Source of the DNA: Schizochytrium sp. TIO01
Lineage: Eukaryota > Protista > Bigyra: Labyrinthulomycetes
NCBI GenBank assembly: GCA_004764695.1
Contig: SMSO01000037.1
Location: 4,440,747 to 4,504,746, forward strand
DNA length: 64,000 nucleotides
Reading direction: 5' to 3'
The stretch's first letter is position 1; every line of letters starts with the position of its first letter. Under the pieces are notes generated by a model. The model had not been told where the DNA came from and did not search any database. It worked only from the letters and a program-made list of their open reading frames with translations. Made by a program: the position numbers and the translations under genes. Shown here in pieces: positions 58,101 to 64,000 of the stretch.

Positions 58101-59073
58101 TATGGGAAGCCTTATTTACACAAGGCATATTCGCGAAATATCACTCGTCGTTACGGATGTAGAGTCACAATAAACCTATGCAACATGACGGATTTGATAT
58201 GTTATTTTTTACATCATGATTTAATCTAAAATAATTTACAATTACATTTTAATAGTGTGCCATGGAAAGGCCCATGATATAGTAACACCTATAAACCACC
58301 TCAGGCAAAGTAACATGAATTCAATATGACAACGTGTCGGATTGGCATAGTTGAGGAAAAGAGAAAAAGATTGACCCATTTAAAAGATGGAATATAAATA
58401 AAAAGAAAGGTTTAGATTAGGGGAAAAAAGTGGAAATAGAGAAACAAAGAGATTGATTCCCTCTCGATCTCACAATGATGTACTCCTACAGAGCAATTCA
58501 CTTGTGTTCTCCGGGGCTCAACTACGAAGCTCCGCACGTTCATACTGAACTCCATCTTGGACAAGCAGGCTCAGAGCGACAACCTAGTGCCGTTGAGGTT
58601 CTGCGTGAGAAGACGGTTACAAGCACTGGGGATCCTGCACGTGGGGTAATAGCCTTATATAGTCCTAAGATACTGCTATACATTAGAAAAATAGCAGTAC
58701 CTTTCTTCGAAGTTAACTTCGAAGTATAATCAGAACATTGGTTTAACATACACACACAAACCTGTTCTGTCATTGCATAGGTCAGAATTAAAGACAAACA
58801 CAAACACAAGCCGCGCTCTTTCAACTCGCTTGACGCTTATATGCGAAATTCGATTTCACTGCTTGTGCAACTTCGAGTATAGTGTTGCGGACGAGGGATT
58901 TGACAGTTCCGGCACGAGGAAACCGACCACTTACAACACAATTAACTATAGGAAGGGTACGCACGTGAAAACAGAAGGTATCAAGTCGGTCTTTCACCCA
59001 CTCCAATCTACAAGCTCATTCCTATAGAGTGCCTGGCCCCATTCGGTTGTGTGAATATCATATTGCGGAGAGA

Positions 59074-60954
59074 ATGCAGAGAAAGCAACAACAAATCTTG
59101 AATGGGCTGCCTCAACCAAGGTTTTCCAACATGTATGATGCTCCTCCAGACGTGGACAGTGGCATGGCGGCTATTTCAAACCGATTGGGAGATGTAGAGG
59201 TTATTTGCAATGAGCTGCGCAGTAGCGTGGCACGCATTGAGGCGGCGATGGCATACAACAGTCGAGTCTTAGGTAAAATTCTCTCAATTGTCAAGTCAGA
59301 GCAGGATGTCCGTCTACAAACGAAAACCTATCGAACACGATCGGCGGGTGTCCATCACTCAGTCAAGACAAAACGCTACTCTTTATCAAAACATGAGCGA
59401 CACCATGTCAAACACATTGTTGTTAGTGATGAGGAGCAAGACGAGGTCAAAGACGAGGTCAAAGACGAGGTTAACGCAGGCGAGGTCGAAGTAGAAGAAG
59501 ACGAAAAGGAAAATGAAGAGGAAAACGACCAAGGTGAAGAGCAAGAGGAGACACCAACAGAGGAACCAGAATCCCCTGCAATGACGGACGTTATTGTAGA
59601 GGAGGAGGTAGTCGAGACAGAGGAGGTCGAAACCCCAGGGATTTTATCTCCGCGAGATTCATTCCTCGAAAAGGTCAATGGGGGCCAAAGTATGTTTGTT
59701 GAATTAGATCTTAGCGGCGGGGTTGACCTCTGTGGGTTTGATTTTTCAGGTTTACGCCTCTTTCGAGCAAACTTCTCTGATGCTACACTTAGAGATGTAA
59801 ACTTCTGCGGGGCCGAGCTTCGATTTGCCAATTTTTCAAATTGCGACCTGGATAATTCGCAGTTCTGTAATGCAGTCCTTGACTCTGCCATTATGCAAAA
59901 TGCAAGTCTACAACGTACTGATTTTGAAGGTGCTTGCCTAGACAAGGTAGATTTGTCAGGTGCCAACCTACGTGCCGCTAATTTGCGAGTCGCTAGTATG
60001 AGGAGAGCAATCTTGCACGCGGCTGATGTTCGCGATGCATCCTTCCTGGTTCAGCATCTCCACACAATCCAATGGGGAGAAATTGCAACCTTAAACACCT
60101 CCATCTTTGAGGACTGGGCTGTTGAGGCCATCGACGAGAAGCACTTCGGAGAGGTGGCTAGACATATAGAGCTTGCACTCGATACATCTTTATTGGGGAT
60201 TATGTGCGCCTGTGGACTAACTGCTGGGCTCATGGAGTGGTACGCAGGTCTTGCGTTCTATGGTTGTAGCGAAACCTTTACTCGTATCTCAAAGAGCCGC
60301 GAGCCGTTCATGTACCCCAAGATCCACCAGGATGGCACGTATCCAGATATCAATCAAATGCATGCCAGCATTCAGCCATCAGAAACAGTTGTCAAGAGCA
60401 TGGGTATGATATCAATTTTAGTAGAAGAGCATGGAGTCGACATTAATATGCCTCTAGCGAACATGGGATCTGCATTGCACGCAGCAATCCTTTTTGGTCA
60501 ACGAGAGTTGGTTGACTTTCTTGTTGAGCTTGGGGCAGACATAAATAAGCCTGCAATGATGCGATTTCGCTATGACGACGAAATGAGAGCAGTAGTTCAT
60601 GATGCGTGCAGTGATGCTGAGCCAGCCTTTCCTTTAGATTATGCCATAACTCCAATTACATTGGCAGTTCGTCAATATGCTCAAACTTACTCACACAATG
60701 GAGGTCAAGGAGGAAGGCACTATGTCTCGACGATTGACGCTATTAAGTATATCTTGGACCTCGGTGCAGATCCAGAAGCGGGAAAGGAAGACTATATTCG
60801 TCGCAATGTAGGCGTCTTTATTGCAGAAACCTTGGACATTGCAGGCAAGTTTGGTTATTGCAGAGGTTCAGGTCTGTTAAATTTGCTCATGCGCTATAGT
60901 ACTTTAAATACATTGAAAAGTACTACGAGAGCACCCAACCACTTTCGTCCTTAA
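59074..60954 (+). CDS. Pentapeptide-repeat plus ankyrin-repeat protein with N-terminal coiled coil and acidic linker
   Basis: A(D/N)(L/F)xx repeats (ANFSD ATLRD VNFCG AELRF ANFSN ... VDLSG ANLRA ANLRV); ankyrin GSALHAAILFGQRELVDFLVELGADIN and TPITLAV...YILDLGADP. The start could be ATG 59074 or 59131. Confidence 0.85.
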   Translation: MQRKQQQILNGLPQPRFSNMYDAPPDVDSGMAAISNRLGDVEVICNELRSSVARIEAAMAYNSRVLGKILSIVKSEQDVRLQTKTYRTRSAGVHHSVKTKRYSLSKHERHHVKHIVVSDEEQDEVKDEVKDEVNAGEVEVEEDEKENEEENDQGEEQEETPTEEPESPAMTDVIVEEEVVETEEVETPGILSPRDSFLEKVNGGQSMFVELDLSGGVDLCGFDFSGLRLFRANFSDATLRDVNFCGAELRFANFSNCDLDNSQFCNAVLDSAIMQNASLQRTDFEGACLDKVDLSGANLRAANLRVASMRRAILHAADVRDASFLVQHLHTIQWGEIATLNTSIFEDWAVEAIDEKHFGEVARHIELALDTSLLGIMCACGLTAGLMEWYAGLAFYGCSETFTRISKSREPFMYPKIHQDGTYPDINQMHASIQPSETVVKSMGMISILVEEHGVDINMPLANMGSALHAAILFGQRELVDFLVELGADINKPAMMRFRYDDEMRAVVHDACSDAEPAFPLDYAITPITLAVRQYAQTYSHNGGQGGRHYVSTIDAIKYILDLGADPEAGKEDYIRRNVGVFIAETLDIAGKFGYCRGSGLLNLLMRYSTLNTLKSTTRAPNHFRP

Positions 60955-61073
60955 CAAGCATACTATTTTGAAACCCATCTCGATCAAGAATTGATGGTTT
61001 GAAATTAAAATTTAGCAGATTGATTATATAATCCATTGATTTTGTTCCACGTCAACAAATTAATTGAGCTTGT

Positions 61074-61146
61074 GCTCGGATAGCTCAGTTGGTAGAGTGA
61101 CAGTTTAGTAAGCTGTTGGTCCCGAGTTCGACTCTCGGTTCGAGCA
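61074..61146 (+). tRNA. tRNA-Thr(AGT) copy 1
   Basis: 73-nt cloverleaf: acceptor GCTCGGA/TTCGAGC, D arm GCTC/GAGT, anticodon stem ACAGT/GCTGT with loop TTAGTAA, T arm CCGAG-TTCGACT-CTCGG; followed by a T-tract terminator. Confidence 0.96.
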
Positions 61147-61246
61147 TTTATTTTTCCTTTTTTTCTCCCGAACAAAAGGTTACCGTACTTGATGGATATA
61201 TAGAATAAGGAGGCTCAGATTGTCAACAACCCAATTAGGAGCTTGT

Positions 61247-61319
61247 GCTCGGATAGCTCAGTTGGTAGAGTGACAGTTTAGTAAGCTGTTGGTCCCGAGT
61301 TCGACTCTCGGTTCGAGCA
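61247..61319 (+). tRNA. tRNA-Thr(AGT) copy 2
   Basis: Identical to copy 1. Confidence 0.96.
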
Positions 61320-61703
61320 ATATTTTTATGTTCTCCATTCATAAATATAAAAATTATCATTTTTTAAATTTCGTTGTTTTTATTTGAAGAATTTCTTACC
61401 TAATCCTAAATTCTCAACAAAGATCTAAATAATTATGATATATCATGAACACTACCATTTGGAGGTGGTCTTCAAATAAGTTCTAATGTTTTCATAGGCA
61501 GTAATAAAAAAAAGGAAGCTTATTTAAAACAACTTAAGTTGTTCTGAAGGGGAAAGAAAAACTGCATCTTTTCCAATATTCTTCTTAGGAATCCCTCATA
61601 CTTTTTCTAAGTTTGCCTACATATCTGAAAGAAAAAATTATTTTACATATTGAGTATATATAGTGAATGACAGAATTGTGCTTCATCAATTTAATGAGCT
61701 TGT

Positions 61704-61776
61704 GCTCGGATAGCTCAGTTGGTAGAGTGACAGTTTAGTAAGCTGTTGGTCCCGAGTTCGACTCTCGGTTCGAGCA
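61704..61776 (+). tRNA. tRNA-Thr(AGT) copy 3
   Basis: Identical to copy 1. Confidence 0.96.
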
Positions 61777-61871
61777 TTTATTTTTTCTCTACGTTAAAGA
61801 AATATTTACAATACTACATAGATAAGTGAATTAGTGAAACTTCTCTGACAACAACCCAATTAGGAACTTGT

Positions 61872-61944
61872 GCTCGGATAGCTCAGTTGGTAGAGTGACA
61901 GTTTAGTAAGCTGTTGGTCCCGAGTTCGACTCTCGGTTCGAGCA
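61872..61944 (+). tRNA. tRNA-Thr(AGT) copy 4
   Basis: Identical to copy 1. Confidence 0.96.
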
Positions 61945-62045
61945 TTCTTTTTTTGTTATTTTAATGATAAAAATAAATCAGAAGCGGACCCAATAGTTTG
62001 GATGAAGCATTGACGCTTGATCGTTCAACAATGTAATGAGCTTGT

Positions 62046-62118
62046 GCTCGGATAGCTCAGTTGGTAGAGTGACAGTTTAGTAAGCTGTTGGTCCCGAGTT
62101 CGACTCTCGGTTCGAGCA
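62046..62118 (+). tRNA. tRNA-Thr(AGT) copy 5
   Basis: Identical to copy 1. Confidence 0.96.
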
Positions 62119-62216
62119 TTCTTTTTTTTAGTCATTTTTCTTTCTTCTATTCGATTACACCTAATGTTTGGGAGAGCAATTGGTCCCGGTGCAACACAAC
62201 AAAGTAATGAGCTTGT

Positions 62217-62289
62217 GCTCGGATAGCTCAGTTGGTAGAGTGACAGTTTAGTAAGCTGTTGGTCCCGAGTTCGACTCTCGGTTCGAGCA
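62217..62289 (+). tRNA. tRNA-Thr(AGT) copy 6
   Basis: Identical to copy 1. Confidence 0.96.
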
Positions 62290-62770
62290 ATTTTTTTTAA
62301 TGGTTTGAGTGCGTATGCACTGTTTCTATTTACGTGTGCCTGAAGGTTTTTTAAAAATAAACTACTTGTTGATGTTTTTTAAAATTAAATTTTCCTTATT
62401 TTCATAGGCTCACCTTTCTAAACATTGGTGTATCTCTCGTCAAATTTATTCCTCGTGAAAAGAAGCTGGAATAGTGTCAGCCACAATAGATAGAAACGGT
62501 GATGGTGATGGAGTGGTTTGATTTTGTGAAAAGTTGGTTTAAAACAAAAGTCTTGTAGTACGAACAAACTCTTTTCTGCCCTGTACCAATGAAAGGAGAA
62601 AAATATATGATATAAATACATAGCAACTCCTAACAAGATTCTGTGGCAGAAAGCCAATAATGGCCTAATATACAAATAGTATTAAGGACAGTTTTTCTCT
62701 TGAAGAATATTCATAAAGTTCTAAGTGAACGTGTTTGAATAAGTGGCCCAAACCACATCAATGAGCTTGT

Positions 62771-62843
62771 GCTCGGATAGCTCAGTTGGTAGAGTGACAG
62801 TTTAGTAAGCTGTTGGTCCCGAGTTCGACTCTCGGTTCGAGCA
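62771..62843 (+). tRNA. tRNA-Thr(AGT) copy 7
   Basis: Identical to copy 1. Confidence 0.96.
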
Positions 62844-63676
62844 TACATTTTTTAAATAATTGCTTTTTTATATTAGATGAGGTTTTCACGGTTGTTATAC
62901 AGAGAGTTGCAATCATAGCCAATCGATTACTGAAGCATCGTAATCTGCAAAGCATTAAGACAACTATGTTCAAAGTGTTTGTTCAAAGTATTTGCTCTGA
63001 TGTTTTATTTTTAGGCCACACCAAAGTAGGTATCCACGGTCTATTTATCGAAGTTTTGATTATAGGTACAAAGGCAAATTCTCTCGCGAGTTGAGGTAGC
63101 ACTTGCACGCACATTGAGAGTATAGTTTAACGTTGCAGAATTGGGCGACTTGATTTACATCATATTCGTATTTGCTTGAAAGTATCGTTAACTTGCCCAG
63201 GTATGGTAGGGCTTGTAGAGGTCTGACGCAGTGCAGTTGTAGATTGGGTTTGGGAAGGCGAGATAAAAACACAAGTTGTAAGGGCGACCTTTCTCAATTG
63301 AGCTATAGAACAGGGAGATAACATTGAAGAAGGAATGAAGAATAGAAGATAGGATTTCAATGAAGGAACGTTAGTCAAGCAAAACAATACAGGCTGTGGA
63401 AGTACCCAAATATGAGAGACAATCGTACGATTTAATTTCTTGTTTGAATAGCGATACCCCGGGTCAGCTGTTCATTCTTCAGCCTTAATACCTGAGGAAC
63501 CGTGGTCTATTAAAAAAAAATTAAACAATTTTTTTTTTTTTTTTTGTCTTATTTGGCTATTTGAATCTGGTTAGATTGGAAAACAGGTCCAACTAAAATA
63601 TTTTTCACTACATGTATATAAAGTACAGAAGCAAGGGCCTCAACAAAGTGGCCTACTCCACTTAAAATGAGCTTGC

Positions 63677-63749
63677 GCTCGGATAGCTCAGTTGGTAGAG
63701 TGACAGTTTAGTAAGCTGTTGGTCCCGAGTTCGACTCTCGGTTCGAGCA
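63677..63749 (+). tRNA. tRNA-Thr(AGT) copy 8
   Basis: Identical to copy 1. Confidence 0.96.
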
Positions 63750-63851
63750 TTGCTTTTTGTAAGCTAAAATTTATTGTTAAGTGTAAAATTGAATAAAATA
63801 AATAAATTTACCCATAGGCCGTTAGTCGTCAACATCAAGTAATGAGCTTGT

Positions 63852-63924
63852 GCTCGGATAGCTCAGTTGGTAGAGTGACAGTTTAGTAAGCTGTTGGTCC
63901 CGAGTTCGACTCTCGGTTCGAGCA
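63852..63924 (+). tRNA. tRNA-Thr(AGT) copy 9
   Basis: Identical to copy 1. Confidence 0.96.
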
Positions 63925-64000
63925 TTATGTTTCAATCTTTTTTGTTTTTACCCCCTATTTTAATTTTACATAAATATAAACACGCAGCAAGTTTTGAGTG

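Noticed and set aside
61100-61116. Suppressor tRNA (loop contains TTA/TAG) that could read the in-frame stops
   Set aside because: The stem ACAGT/GCTGT fixes the loop as TTAGTAA, so positions 34-36 are AGT (Thr). As I recall, U32 and U31-G39 also occur in plant tRNA-Thr(AGT), so they are not treated as anomalies.
61064-63924. CRISPR-like repeat-spacer array
   Set aside because: The repeat is a complete 73-nt tRNA with A/B boxes and T-tract terminators, the spacers are ~95-830 bp, there are no cas genes and the context is eukaryotic.

Overview
Eukaryotic nuclear DNA with single-exon genes and microsatellite-rich intergenic tracts. The style suggests a stramenopile protist such as a thraustochytrid/labyrinthulomycete; this is an inference, not a demonstration. 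There are four zones. (1) 1-11 kb is a tightly packed, microsatellite-free block in which every recognisable gene is disrupted: a divergent pair of Crinkler(CR)-type genes (STAND-like NTPase, and REase plus kinase), a membrane-anchored M11/gametolysin-like metalloprotease and a decayed unknown gene. (2) 11-27 kb is a ~16 kb stretch with no convincing long ORF and many microsatellites. (3) 27-61 kb holds mostly intact genes: a Q-rich HMG-box/response-regulator receiver fusion, a FAM161-like protein, a stand-alone C-CAP, a type I membrane protein with four copies of an unrecognised Cys6/His domain, an EEP (CCR4/PDE12-like) enzyme, two head-to-head VWD-like paralogs (one with a +1 frameshift), a 3-repeat Myb factor and a pentapeptide-ankyrin protein. 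(4) 61-64 kb is an array of nine identical tRNA-Thr(AGT) genes with a conserved 5' leader and a recurring ~172 bp spacing. The best candidates for undescribed biology are the HMG-receiver transcription factor, the DHYLC-repeat receptor and the tRNA array. All domain calls come from motif recognition by eye; no database search was run.
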